Counted from the first letter of the stretch, positions 20,481 to 31,700 are shown. The stretch: DNA of 64,000 nt from Granulicella sp. (GCA_027335345.1 DAHWOF010000204.1:17245-81244); one strand, 5' to 3'. Numbers and translations: made by a program. The notes: a model not told the origin generated them from the letters alone.

Positions 20481-21881
20481 ATGAAAATTCCTCGATTGAG
20501 CCGACGCCGTTTTCTTGCCGCAGGGGGTTGCGCGATTGCAGCCGCTCCTGTGGCCGCAGTGGCTCCGTCAGCCTTGAAGGCGCAGACGCCGGGCTCCCCT
20601 GCAAAGGCGAACCCGGCCACCAAGCCCGTTCCCAATGTGACGGTGAATGTGCGCGATTTTGGCGCGACAGGAGATGGCCGCAGCAAAGATACCGTGGCTT
20701 TGCAGGAGGCGGTGGACAGATGCGCTGTGCTCGGCGGCGGGGTGGTCCAAGTACCTGCGGGCACCTACCTGACCGGGTCGATCGCGCTGCGCTCCGGTAC
20801 AGAGCTGCGCCTGGAGAAGGATGCCATCTTGCAGGGTTCCCCGGATCCGGCCGACTACTTTGTGACTCAGGTGCGCTGGGAGGGAAGGTGGATCCAGGGG
20901 CACGTCGGTCTGGTCTATGCGATCGACGCCGAGCGGCTGAGAATCACTGGGCCCGGCCGGATTGCCGGCGACCAGGAGATTGGGAGAAGACCGACAGCGG
21001 AGGATCCGCTGCGCCGGCCGGCGCTGATCGAGTTTATCCGCTGCCGCGAGGTGCATCTGGAGGGCTTCTCGACCAGCTACCACCACATGTGGTCGATTCA
21101 TCCCACGGCCTGTGAGAACGTTCTGGTGCGCGGGTTGACGATCCGCAGCACGGGTGGAAATGGCGATGGGATCGATGTCGACTCCTGCCGGCATGTACGG
21201 ATTGAAGGCTGTGACATCTCGACCGGCGACGACTGCATCTCGCTCAAGTCCGGCCGTGGCGAAGAGGGCTATAACCTGCATCAGCCTACGGAGGACGTGC
21301 AGATTACGGATTGCACGCTGGCAGACTCCATCTTCGCCTGCATCGGCATCGGCAGCGAGACCTCCGGAGGCATCCGAGGGGTTCGCATTGAGCGCTGCCG
21401 CTTCACGCACGCGCGTAGCTTCGCGATTTATATCAAGTCGCGTGTTGGCCGGGGAGCGTTTCTGGAGGAGATCTCCGCCACGGATCTGGATGCTTCCGGG
21501 ATGGTGGGAGGATTTCTGCGCGTGAATCTGTTCAGCAGCGGTCTGCTGGGGGAGCATCCCGTGCCGGGAACAGCCGGTATTCCGCGCAGTAGCAACTTCC
21601 GCTTCTCCAGAATCCGGGTGGCCGATTGTCTGGTGCTGGTGGATGCAACCAGGATCTCGGCGGAGGAGCCTCTGCAGGGGTTTACGTTCGAGAACGTCAG
21701 CGGCACGTGTGAAAAGGGGCTTCTGCTGGCCAACATCCGCGATGCGCAGATTCGCAATGTGCATGTCACCGGCTTTTCCGGTCCGCTGATTCACGCCGAC
21801 AATGTGACGGGCAGCGGTTTGGGGGGCGAGCGGAGATCGTTGCCGGGGTCGACCCAAAGATCGTCGACCCAAAGATCATAG
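20481..21881 (+). CDS. GH28 glycoside hydrolase with Tat signal
   Basis: SRRRFL Tat motif; VRDFGATGDG, NGDGIDVDS, GDDCISLKSG, IGSE, YIKS. Confidence 0.88.
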   Translation: MKIPRLSRRRFLAAGGCAIAAAPVAAVAPSALKAQTPGSPAKANPATKPVPNVTVNVRDFGATGDGRSKDTVALQEAVDRCAVLGGGVVQVPAGTYLTGSIALRSGTELRLEKDAILQGSPDPADYFVTQVRWEGRWIQGHVGLVYAIDAERLRITGPGRIAGDQEIGRRPTAEDPLRRPALIEFIRCREVHLEGFSTSYHHMWSIHPTACENVLVRGLTIRSTGGNGDGIDVDSCRHVRIEGCDISTGDDCISLKSGRGEEGYNLHQPTEDVQITDCTLADSIFACIGIGSETSGGIRGVRIERCRFTHARSFAIYIKSRVGRGAFLEEISATDLDASGMVGGFLRVNLFSSGLLGEHPVPGTAGIPRSSNFRFSRIRVADCLVLVDATRISAEEPLQGFTFENVSGTCEKGLLLANIRDAQIRNVHVTGFSGPLIHADNVTGSGLGGERRSLPGSTQRSSTQRS

Positions 21882-21896
21882 GACGGGTTGCCGCAA

Positions 21897-21930
21897 GCCA
21901 AAGGGCGCGGCCGAAGCCGCGCCCTTTGGC
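21897..21930. terminator. Perfect 15-bp hairpin between convergent genes
   Basis: GCCAAAGGGCGCGGC-CGAA-GCCGCGCCCTTTGGC. Confidence 0.75.
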
Positions 21931-21983
21931 GTAACCGCCGGCTGTGGCGAGGGCCCAGAGGAGCCTCTCGCTTCAGCCAGGTC

Positions 21984-22844
21984 CTACTGATACTGATTGG
22001 ACGGAGGGTAGGGGGATTGCTGCGGCTGCTGCTCCGTGATGGCTACGGAGCGTTCCAGGTGGAAGGTCAGGTACGTCCCCTGCGGGAGATAGATCTCCTT
22101 GTTACCCGTGAAAGCGCCGCCCGCGGTGCCCGCGCCGGCTCCGGCCAGGCCGCCGATCAAGGCGCCTTTGCCGCCACCGGCCAGCCCGCCGATGAGAGCG
22201 CCCAGCCCGGCGCCACCGCCGGCGAAGAGGCCGGTGCGCAAGCCTTTACCCTTCTCCACGCGATCGACGGAAGTGGTGGCGACCCGATAGATGCCCCAGC
22301 GCGACTCCACCCGGTCCAGGCGTAGCTCCAGCAGAGCCTCGCCCTTGAACCGGCCCAGTGGCTTGGCGTCAATTACGGTGCCCTGGGCGCGAGCTCCCTG
22401 CTCGATGACAGTCTGGCCGTTGACAACCACAGCGTCGACCATGGTTGCTCTGAAGTATTCGCCGGGTTCGCTGATCTTTGAGCCGAGATCCTGATCGAGA
22501 CTGATGCGCAGCCGCGTGCCGGCGGGGAGATCAGCCACGCGCGGCGGCGGAGGAGCCTGTTGGGGGTACGGCCCGGATTGCTGCGGGTACGGACCGGGCT
22601 GCTGCGGGTACGGACCGGCAGGGGGTCCGGACGGACCACCTTGCGCCGGATAGGCGGAGGGATTTGCGCCGTTCGGGCCCGGCGCCGGTGGGGCTGGACC
22701 ATTGGGCGCGGCTGCGGGTCCTGTTTGCGCGCCATTTTGCGGCTGCGACGAGGATTTGCACCCGGCCAGAAAGAGCGTGCCAACAATCGCCAGGGACGCG
22801 AATGCCGATGCGGCAGGGAAGAGCAAACTGCGACGGAAGTTCAT
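21984..22844 (-). CDS. Pro/Gln-rich lipoprotein with glycine-zipper segment (hypothetical)
   Basis: Lipobox FLAGC; three GPYPQQ repeats; GAGLGALIGGLAGGGKGALIGG. Confidence 0.75.
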   Translation of the reverse strand: MNFRRSLLFPAASAFASLAIVGTLFLAGCKSSSQPQNGAQTGPAAAPNGPAPPAPGPNGANPSAYPAQGGPSGPPAGPYPQQPGPYPQQSGPYPQQAPPPPRVADLPAGTRLRISLDQDLGSKISEPGEYFRATMVDAVVVNGQTVIEQGARAQGTVIDAKPLGRFKGEALLELRLDRVESRWGIYRVATTSVDRVEKGKGLRTGLFAGGGAGLGALIGGLAGGGKGALIGGLAGAGAGTAGGAFTGNKEIYLPQGTYLTFHLERSVAITEQQPQQSPYPPSNQYQ

Positions 22845-23148
22845 GAGATTCACTCCAGTTGGGAATGGGTTTGCCGATGGGCTATGGAACAAAACAAGAG
22901 GCTCCGGTTGAGGGACCTTCAAATTATGTCATCGTCAGGCGGCAAACGGTATTGATTCTTTTGATGAGCCGCCGTGCGAAGGGCCAGGCATGGTTTTCAC
23001 AGGGGTGCAGCCGGAACGGCATGCGCGCGGACGCAGGGTGGTGGATCGGGACCTGGCCGGAGCCAAAGACGCGGGGCAAAGGTTGGGCCGAGGCCGAGAT
23101 GCCTGATCACGCCTGCGCGGGCCCTCTTCTTGCTGGACGGGTTCCCGG

Positions 23149-24159
23149 TTATGGCTGAACCGGCTCCCAGTGCCCGGAGTCTCCGGAGCGAAAGATGGCC
23201 TGGATGACGGCCATGTTGGCGATGGAATCCTCCAGTGGAACCGGGGCTTCGGTGTTGTCGAGGACGGCGCGGGCAAAGGCGTCTCCCTGGAGGGTGTACT
23301 GATCGGCAGCCGGAAAGCTCTCGGTCGCGATGCCGCTGTAGTCCAGGTCCCCGGTGGAGTCGATGAAGAGGCGCGTGGGGCGGTCGTTGGGCGCGTTGAA
23401 GGGAATCTCGATCTCTATGCGGCCGTGGGCGCCGAAGAAGTGGACGCGCTGATAAGGGATCATCTGCGTGCTGCAGATGAAGATGGCTTGTCCGGCGGGG
23501 AAGTCGAGGATGCCGGAGGCCAGGCGATCGGTGCGCATCCTGGGATCGCGTTCGATGAGCGCCACCACGCGTTTCGGTTCCTGATCGAAAGCCATGCGCG
23601 CAGATTGAATGCAATAGCAGCCGATGTCATAGATGCCGCCTCCGCCCATCTCGGGAAGGTTGCGGATATTGGCGGGATCGCTGTTGAAGTAGCTGAAGTG
23701 CGCATGGACGGAGAGCAACCGGCCGATGCGGCCCTGAGCAATCAGCTCGCGCATCCGCAGCCACTGCGGAGCGCTGCGAATCATGAAGGCCTCCGAGATC
23801 TTGACGCCGGTGCGGGCGCGCAGGTCGAGCAGGCCTCTGGCTTCAGCGACGGTCAGGCTGATGGGTTTCTCGCAGAGCACATGCTTGCCGGCTTCGGCGG
23901 CTTTCACCGTGAGTGGAACGTGCAGGTGATTGGGCAGCGGGTTGTAGACAGCATCAATGCCGGGGTCGGCGAGGAGTTCTTCATAGGAGCCATAAGCCGT
24001 AGGGATGCCCAGCATGGTTGCGACCTCACGCGCCCTGGCAAGGTCACGGGACGCGATGGCAGCGACGCTGGTGAACTCACCCTGCTGCATGGCGGGGATC
24101 ACTTTTGTGACGCCAATATTGGCGGTGCTGAGGACTCCGAAACGGATCTTTCTGGCCAT
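23149..24159 (-). CDS. Gfo/Idh/MocA-family oxidoreductase
   Basis: FGVLSTANIG, IDAVYNPLPNHLH, GKHVLCEKP, GGGIYDIGCY. Confidence 0.92.
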   Translation of the reverse strand: MARKIRFGVLSTANIGVTKVIPAMQQGEFTSVAAIASRDLARAREVATMLGIPTAYGSYEELLADPGIDAVYNPLPNHLHVPLTVKAAEAGKHVLCEKPISLTVAEARGLLDLRARTGVKISEAFMIRSAPQWLRMRELIAQGRIGRLLSVHAHFSYFNSDPANIRNLPEMGGGGIYDIGCYCIQSARMAFDQEPKRVVALIERDPRMRTDRLASGILDFPAGQAIFICSTQMIPYQRVHFFGAHGRIEIEIPFNAPNDRPTRLFIDSTGDLDYSGIATESFPAADQYTLQGDAFARAVLDNTEAPVPLEDSIANMAVIQAIFRSGDSGHWEPVQP

Positions 24160-24286
24160 AGGGAATGATACTGCGGCGCGCCAACCGCGCCCGCGGCAGG
24201 GTGGAAAGATCTTCTTCTCCATCCGGCATGCGGGCAACCTCATCACCGAGCCACACAGAGCATCCTCGGCTTCTGCGGCTGATGTT

Positions 24287-26110
24287 CTAGAGGTTGCGGC
24301 GTCTCAGCCCATCCGCGCTGAAGGCGCCATAGCGCCAGAGGATGCGCAGGATCTCGCGGATGCGGAAGTTGAAGAGTCGCCGGGGCCAGAAGAGCTCGCG
24401 TTTGTCGCACACCGTGGAGATGCTGAAGCGGTTGATCTCGCCCTTCAGACGGTTGGAGGCTATCGGGTCCTGCAGCGGGAGTTCGGCATCGATGCGCCGG
24501 CGCAGGGCGCGGGCCTCGGCGATCGACCTGGCCACTTTGGCTCCGCGCCTGCGGCTGATGCGGCCGTAACGAATCTTCAGCGCGTTGAGCCGCTCGGCAG
24601 CATCATAGGTGGCATCCACCAACTGCGTACGGGTCATCCACCGGGTCTCATAGTTCAGAATCCGCTCCCAGGTGGGTTGCACCAGCAGTTGGCGATGTTC
24701 CTCCAGGGTGTGGGCGAAGAGGGTATAGCCAAACCGGCCGGGCTCTTCAAAGCCGCGGCTCCCTGGATCCGCGAAGGGGCCCATGGGGGAGATGAAGCAG
24801 GAGAGTCGGCGATCGCCAAGCTGGAACAGATGCTCGCAGTAGTCGATGGTGGCCGCCACCGAGCCGGTCGTCTGCGCGGGCAAGCCGATCATGAAGAAGA
24901 CGTCGATGCGATGGCAGCGCAGCTTGATCGCTTCCCGGAAGAGATCTTCCATCTGCTCATTGCTGTAACCGGCTTCGCCCTCCTGCGCATCGCGCACTGC
25001 CTGTTCGTGACTCTCGGGACTGAACTCCATGCTCCAGAAGCGGACGGAGCGGTCGATATCATGCAGGAACGAGAGGGGCGGCACGGTGAAGAACTCGAAG
25101 ACAATCTCGTTGGGAAGATGGGCGCTGTGGAGGCGGCTGAGAATTTCACTGGCGTAGGCCGCACCACCCTGCAGCAGGTCTCCTACCAGAAAGATGGGGC
25201 CGCGCGAGAGGCGGCTGATGGCGCAGATGTTGGCGACCATACTCTCCGGGGAGCGGAACGCAGGCTGCCTGCGCTTGGTCAGGTGGGTGCAGGTGGTGCT
25301 GGAACTGCCGCAGGTAACGCACTGGTAGGCGCAGCCCTTCACGGTGAAGACGGCGGTGATGGGATTGCTCCACCAACCGTTGAAGGGGAGCACGCTCTCC
25401 AGATCCCCGTAACGGATGGCCATCTCCGCCATGCGATCGGGACGCAGATCGACGTAATCCAGCGCCATGGGCACGAAGGTATGGGGATTGATATGCACTC
25501 CAGCGGAGTCCTTCCAGGTGAGATTGGGAATCAAGGAGAGATCCAGAGGGGAGTGCGGGTCGCTGCGAGTGAAGAGCGCCAGCAGCAGTTGATGGAGTGG
25601 CGGCTCGGTGCTGTCTCCCCGCAAGACGAAGTCGACCTGTGGGTAGTCGATCAGTTCGCGATGGAAGTAGGTGGAGGAGAGCCCGCCCAGGATGACGGGA
25701 ACCTCCGGGTGTAACTGCTTGACGATGCGGGCCACCTCCAGCGCTCCGTGGCAGTGGGGCAGCCAGTGCAGGTCAATGCCCACCGCTTTGGGATGCAGCC
25801 GGGCAAGAAAGCTGGGCACGTCGAAGCGCCGGTGATTCATCATCTTCAGCGCAAGATTGACGATCCGCACCCGCATGCCTCTGGATTGCAGATAGCTGGC
25901 GATGGTCAGAAAGCCCAGCGGATACATCTCGAAGACGGTCGAGGAGGGAATCATGTCGCTGACCGGGCCGTAGAGGATGGCGCGCTCGCGAAAGTCGTAG
26001 ACGCTGGGCGCGTGCAGCAGAAGCAGATCGATCTCGCGTCCGCCTCTCAGGCGGCGGAGTCTGTCGATGAGGGTCGAGGTCTTGAGCCGAACTGAGAGTG
26101 GCGGCTTCAT
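24287..26110 (-). CDS. B12-binding domain radical SAM protein (resembles TIGR04190/Ta0216 family)
   Basis: LLHAPSVYDFRE, FEMYPLG, GIDLHWLPHCHG, ILGGLS, CxxxCxxC (CAYQCVTC), FFMIGLP; in-frame upstream extension to 26467 not trusted. Confidence 0.85.
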   Translation of the reverse strand: MKPPLSVRLKTSTLIDRLRRLRGGREIDLLLLHAPSVYDFRERAILYGPVSDMIPSSTVFEMYPLGFLTIASYLQSRGMRVRIVNLALKMMNHRRFDVPSFLARLHPKAVGIDLHWLPHCHGALEVARIVKQLHPEVPVILGGLSSTYFHRELIDYPQVDFVLRGDSTEPPLHQLLLALFTRSDPHSPLDLSLIPNLTWKDSAGVHINPHTFVPMALDYVDLRPDRMAEMAIRYGDLESVLPFNGWWSNPITAVFTVKGCAYQCVTCGSSSTTCTHLTKRRQPAFRSPESMVANICAISRLSRGPIFLVGDLLQGGAAYASEILSRLHSAHLPNEIVFEFFTVPPLSFLHDIDRSVRFWSMEFSPESHEQAVRDAQEGEAGYSNEQMEDLFREAIKLRCHRIDVFFMIGLPAQTTGSVAATIDYCEHLFQLGDRRLSCFISPMGPFADPGSRGFEEPGRFGYTLFAHTLEEHRQLLVQPTWERILNYETRWMTRTQLVDATYDAAERLNALKIRYGRISRRRGAKVARSIAEARALRRRIDAELPLQDPIASNRLKGEINRFSISTVCDKRELFWPRRLFNFRIREILRILWRYGAFSADGLRRRNL

Positions 26111-26813
26111 AGGGGGGTCGCTTATCGCCTCTTCGAATCTGGTTCTTCCCTGCGCAAACGGAAGGGAGCTTCGAAAGCCCAACCACAAGGGCGCGCTTGC
26201 CCGGTCACTGCGCGGGATGTGGGAGCAGATGTGGGAGCAAAGGATCCGGCGGCGGACAGGAGTCGGGTTGAGAAAGCCGGTGGAGCGGAAGTTTCTGTGT
26301 GGTGGAACAGAGGCCGCTCGTAGCACAGTGAGGAGCAGCCCGCCCGGGAGATGGAAGAGCGGGGCCGCGAAGAACAGGACGACATGGAGAGCGAAGCTTC
26401 CCCAGCCCCTGCGAAGAGATGCCGGCGGAGCACCGATGCCGGCCAAGCCGGGGAGCAACCAAGCCATTGGCGAGGGTCTTTGCGCTCCGCAGTTCGCGGC
26501 TGGAACCGCATGGGGCCGAGCTCCTGGAGGGATTTTAGTGGCGCAGTCAAGATTGGGATGTGATGGCGGACATCCCTGGCGGGCGGTCGAGACAAAGGAT
26601 TGCCAGGCAGCCTGAGGCTACAGTCTGGAGTGCGTGAGCTTTTGTTGAGGTCGGGCAAGGCGCTGAGGCCGTCCCCGGGGTTCTGTTTTAATGGAGGCTG
26701 AAGCTGCGGCGAGAGGCCTTGCGATGTTGGCTGACTCCCTACCGGACTCTCGGACTCCCGATGAGGCTCCCGACTGTGGTTAAAGTTCAGGTTCTGAGGA
26801 AAGTGGTATTGCA

Positions 26814-27995
26814 ATGGAAGAGTTTAGACGGCTAGCCCGCCTGCCGGCTTATGTGTTCAATGTGACCGGCGAGCTGAAGGCCGGTGCCCGCCGCCGGGGA
26901 GAAGACATCATCGACTTCGGCATGGGCAATCCCGACGGGGCGACCCCAAAGTTCATTGTGGACAAGCTGATTGAAGCCTCACAGCGGACTACCACCCACC
27001 GCTACTCGCTCTCCCGGGGCATACCGAGACTTCGGGCTGCCATCTGCAACTGGTACCAGCGGCGGTATGACGTCTCGCTGAACCCGGAGAGCGAGGCCAT
27101 TGTGACCATCGGATCCAAGGAGGGCATCGCCCATCTTTGTCTGGCTGTTCTGGACAATGAAGACACGGTTGCAGTGCCCAACCCGAGCTATCCGATTCAT
27201 ATCTTCGGACCAGTGATTGCGGGCTCCAGGGTTCAGAGCATCTCCCTGGACGAGTACGATCAGGCCGCTCTGATCCAAAAGCTGGAGTATGAGCTGCCGC
27301 GCATGCAGCCGCGGCCCAAGATCCTGATTCTCAACTTTCCTGCCAACCCCACGACGGCTTGCGTGGATCCGGCCTTCTTTGAACGGCTGGTTCCGCTGTG
27401 CAAAGATCTTGGAATCTATATCGTGCATGATTTGGCGTATGCGGACCTTACGTTTGATGGCTACGCGGCTCCCAGTGTGCTGCAAGTTGCGGGGGCTAAG
27501 GAGATCGCCGTCGAATTTTTCACCCTCTCCAAGAGTTACAACATGCCGGGATGGAGGGTTGGCTTCATGGTGGGCTGTCCAAAGCTGGTGGCCGCGCTGG
27601 GGCGGATCAAGAGCTACTTCGATTACGGCATGTTCACGCCGATCCAGGTAGCGTCCATCGCCGCGCTAGAGGGACCGCAGGATTGTGTGGCGCAGATTCG
27701 CGAGACGTACAGATCACGCCGGGATGTGCTGGTAACCGGGCTCAACCGGCTGGGCTGGGCCGTGGATCTACCCAAGGCGACGATGTTTGTCTGGGCGCGC
27801 ATTCCGGAACCTTATCGTGGTTTGGGGTCCATGGAGTTCTCCAAGAAGCTGCTGGCTGAAGCCAAGGTGGCCGTCAGCCCAGGGGTTGGATTCGGCGATC
27901 GCGGAGATGGCTTTGTTCGTTTCTCGCTGATCGAGAATGAGGAGCGTACCCGTCAGGCGCTGCGGGGCATCAAGCAGATGTTCAAGATGGGTTGA
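26814..27995 (+). CDS. alaC: Alanine transaminase (class I/II PLP aminotransferase)
   Basis: RLPAYVF, DIIDFGMGNPD, HDLAY, PLP lysine motif TLSKSYNMPGWRVG. Confidence 0.88.
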   Translation: MEEFRRLARLPAYVFNVTGELKAGARRRGEDIIDFGMGNPDGATPKFIVDKLIEASQRTTTHRYSLSRGIPRLRAAICNWYQRRYDVSLNPESEAIVTIGSKEGIAHLCLAVLDNEDTVAVPNPSYPIHIFGPVIAGSRVQSISLDEYDQAALIQKLEYELPRMQPRPKILILNFPANPTTACVDPAFFERLVPLCKDLGIYIVHDLAYADLTFDGYAAPSVLQVAGAKEIAVEFFTLSKSYNMPGWRVGFMVGCPKLVAALGRIKSYFDYGMFTPIQVASIAALEGPQDCVAQIRETYRSRRDVLVTGLNRLGWAVDLPKATMFVWARIPEPYRGLGSMEFSKKLLAEAKVAVSPGVGFGDRGDGFVRFSLIENEERTRQALRGIKQMFKMG

Positions 27996-28707
27996 TCGTC
28001 TCCCCGTCGGCGCCCCATCGGCGCCGGCAGAGGTCTGGGCAGCGATGGATCCCAGGTGCGTCTTGCCATGCGGCGTCTCGGGGGATCGATTCAGGGACAA
28101 AGGATGGGGGCCGGGCTGGAGCTGCCAGGGGAAGCGGTTCCAACTTTGAACTTCAAGGTCTGTTCGAGTGGGCTGCTAATTCCCCTATTCTTAAGTAATC
28201 TGCTGTTTGATTACCATGTCGACTTCGGTGAGTGCATGGCTGGCGACTCTCCTACAGCTAACCGATAATCGATCATTCGCTGTCCTTTCTTGCGGCAGTC
28301 CCTGATGTTGTCGGCCATGCAACCCTTCGGCATCCTTCCTGATCTAATGTATATGCTATAAAGCACATATAATGTATGTGATAGATCCGTATTTCCATTT
28401 TCAAAGATGACCTGTGAGCGATCGGCCTCCTGCGGTTGCAGAGAGCGTCCCGCCTACCTTTATCCAACTGATTGAAAGTTCACTCGAACGGTTCGGGAGG
28501 AGCTCGGGCTCCGTTCCGGAGCCGGGCTGCGTCATCATGTACTCATATAAAAATCATGAAAAACAATAACTTAATTGATCTAGACGTTTGCTGTGGATGG
28601 GTTTCTCTGACGACGAGTGACCTTGTGCATTGATCAATTGATTACTTGTCAACCAGGGATCGCTTCAAGCAGTTTGTTCCGCTCCCTTTGAGCCGCCATG
28701 GTACGCT

Positions 28708-28736
28708 CTATAGTAACCGCAAAATGGTTACTATAG
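28708..28736. promoter_or_regulatory. Perfect 11-bp inverted repeat upstream of the Ig-domain gene
   Basis: CTATAGTAACC-gcaaaat-GGTTACTATAG, plus an extra TAGTAAC half-site at 28744-28750. Confidence 0.6.
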
Positions 28737-28793
28737 TTCCGATTAGTAACTCCCGATAAGTAAGGGACTAACCGGTCGACGAGTCAGTTTGGC

Positions 28794-31700
28794 ATGGTTC
28801 AGAGGTGTGTCTTGAGAGCGTTCAAGATAATTGGCATGGGCCTGGGGATCGCAGCGGTCTTCTCGCTGCTGGGTTGTGGTAGCGCGGTGGTGGAGTCGAT
28901 CGAGACTCCTTCGATCAGCGCGGTTCTCCCCCAGTCGATCACGGCGGGGCTAAGCTCCGCCACGATGAAGGTGACTGGAACCAACTTCACCTCGAATGCG
29001 GTGATTTTGTGGAACGGTGTCCAGCTAGCGACCTCGCGGGTGGACTCTGGGACGCTCGCCGCCTCGGTCCAGGGAAGCAGCATTGCGGTTCCAGGGACGG
29101 CTCAGGTGCAGGTACGAAATATCTCCACCGGTCGATCCTCGCAGATGGTTCCGGTGTCGATCGTCTCGGCTACGGCCAATGCGTCTCTGCCTTTGTCAAT
29201 CTCCAGCACCTCTCTTACTGCAGGGGTAGCGGGAAGCTCCTACTCTGGCAAGCTGGAAGCCACGGGTGGGACCTCCCCATACAGTTGGAGTATCGTCTCG
29301 GGATCCCTTCCGGCGGGTCTGAGCCTTGTTGCAAGCAGCGGCGTCATCAACGGAGTTCCAGCGGTGAGCGGAACATTTACCTTCACCGTCAGCGTGAGCG
29401 ACAGCAGCAATCCAGTACAAACGCAGACCGCCGCTATTTCTATCACCATCGCCGCCGCGCCGGTGTCGGATCCTCCGCTGGTCATTACGACCGCCTCGCT
29501 GGTTTCGGGAACGATGGATGCGAGCTACACGGCAACGCTGGTGGCCAGTGGCGGGACTTCGCCCTACACCTGGACGCTGGCGTCGGGCTCTCTGCCTGCG
29601 GGGCTGACGCTCTCGACCGGCGGGGTGATCTCGGGAACGCCGACGGCGAGCGGGACGTCGAGCTTTACGGTCAGCGTGCATGACAGCAGCAGCCCGGAGC
29701 AGACCAAGTCGGAGACGCTGTCGATCACGGTGGCGCCGACCGTGCTGACGATCACCACCACGGCGCTTTCAGCAGGCACGGTGAATGCGGGCTACACGGC
29801 GACTCTGGCGGTGAGCGGCGGGACTTCGCCCTACACCTGGGCGCTGAGTTCGGGCTCTCTGCCTGCGGGGCTGACGCTCTCGACCGGCGGGGTGATCTCG
29901 GGAACGCCGACGGCGAGCGGGACGTCGAGCTTCACGGTCAGCGTGCATGACAGCGGCAGCCCGGCACAGGCCGCCTCGATTTCTCTCACCTTGACCGTCG
30001 CGCCCCCGGCGCTCAGCGTCACCTCCTCGACCCTTGTTACCGGAACCACCAACACGGCTTATTCGGCAACTCTGACGGCCACGGGAGGCGCTGCGCCCTA
30101 TAGCTATAGCTGGTCGATCACCTCCGGCACGCTGCCGGCCGGATTGACGCTGTCTGCGTCGACGGGAGTGATCTCCGGCACGCCGACCGGCGACGGAGTG
30201 TCCGGCTTCACGGTTACCGTGACGGATAGCAGTAGCCCGGTCCAGACCGCTTCCGCCGCAGTCTCGATCACGATCGATCCTGAGACTGCTTCACCCGGGA
30301 CCACATGGTTCATTCGCCCCGATGGTGGAACCCGCTACAGCGCCAACGTGCCTACGGGACAGTGCAACGGCACGGCCGACCAGCCATATCCCGGCACAGG
30401 CGTCAATCAGGACTGTGCGTTCAACGATGTTCGCTATCTCTGGTCGGATAACTCCGGCAACCCCAACGCCTGGGTGATCAACGGGGGCGACACGGTGGTG
30501 ATTCGCGGCTGTACGGCGCTGCCCTCGCAGATGAACGCCGCGAATCCTGATTGCCGGCTTGGCTACGACAACAACAACAATGGCAACCCGCCGAACTACT
30601 GGTGCGGCTACGGCAACCCGAACTCTACCTGCTTCAATCCGCCCATTCCCGCCGGCACCGCAGCGCAGCCTACAAGAATCCTGGGGCAATGCGCTTATGG
30701 AACCTACACCTGCACCCCCATCAACAATAACTATCCCTATGGCAAGACCAATGAGACGCAGCTTTACGGAGGCTTCGGGCTAGCGTGGACGATCAATCTG
30801 GAGTCGACCAATTACGTCGAGATTGAAGGCATCGAGTTGACCACGCACAACGGGCAGTGTACGGTGGCGGGCTACCCGTCGTACCCGGCCGGTTGCTCCA
30901 CCAGCGTTCCGTACAGCGACATGGCAGAGAACGGCTTCCTGACCAACAACCAGACCTCTAACATCACTCTTCAGGACGTGTATATCCACGGCTTTACCTC
31001 TGACGGCTTATACGGGCCGATCGGCGGACCCATCACCATGACGCGCGTTTTTATCGGCTTCAACGGTTTTGCAGGCTGGATGTTTGACGATGGGAATGCC
31101 ACGCCGGACGGTCCTGGATCGAGCATCACCGCCAGCTATGTCACGATGATCTTCAATGGCTGCTATGAGCAGTATCCGATTACGGCAAAGTACCCAGCAC
31201 AGGTGTGCTACGACCCCAACTCCGGGGGCTTCGGCGATAGCTGGAGCGGCCAGGGCTCGGGCCAGGGCGGCCAGATCAGCGAGCTCTCATCCTTCACTTG
31301 CGACCATTGTGTGGATGACTACAACACGAAAGACGGGTTCATCGGGCCCCATATCTCCATCCCGCAGTTGATCATCACCAACTCGGTCGCCATCGGGAAT
31401 ATGGGGTCGAACTGGAAGTGGGGTGGTGAAGACGGGACGCCGAACAATACGACCTTCCAGAACAACCTGACCGTGAACAACTGCAGCCGCATGAGCCAAC
31501 CGATGGATGGGGTTCCATCCACTTACAATATGTACCTCTCCGATTTCTGCCGCGCCGGTGGCGATGGGATGGCCAGCGTGATACCCATCAACTCGGTCTG
31601 GAACCTGCAGAACAATACATTCATCAGCGCCGACACGACGGCGATGTACGTCGCCTGCGCAGGTACGGACACCAACTGCCCGGCCACCATCAACTCTACC

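Noticed and set aside
22555-22620. 21-bp repeats
   Set aside because: Coding GPYPQQ low-complexity linker within a lipoprotein
24005-25714. 569-aa plus-strand ORF
   Set aside because: Antisense shadow of the radical SAM gene
26111-26813. Possible cobalamin riboswitch upstream of the B12-radical SAM gene
   Set aside because: No recognisable B12-box or conserved core found by eye on either strand; needs an Infernal search
29550-29964. Possible DGR template/variable repeat pair
   Set aside because: Both copies are in-frame Ig domains in the middle of one gene and there is no reverse transcriptase in the window
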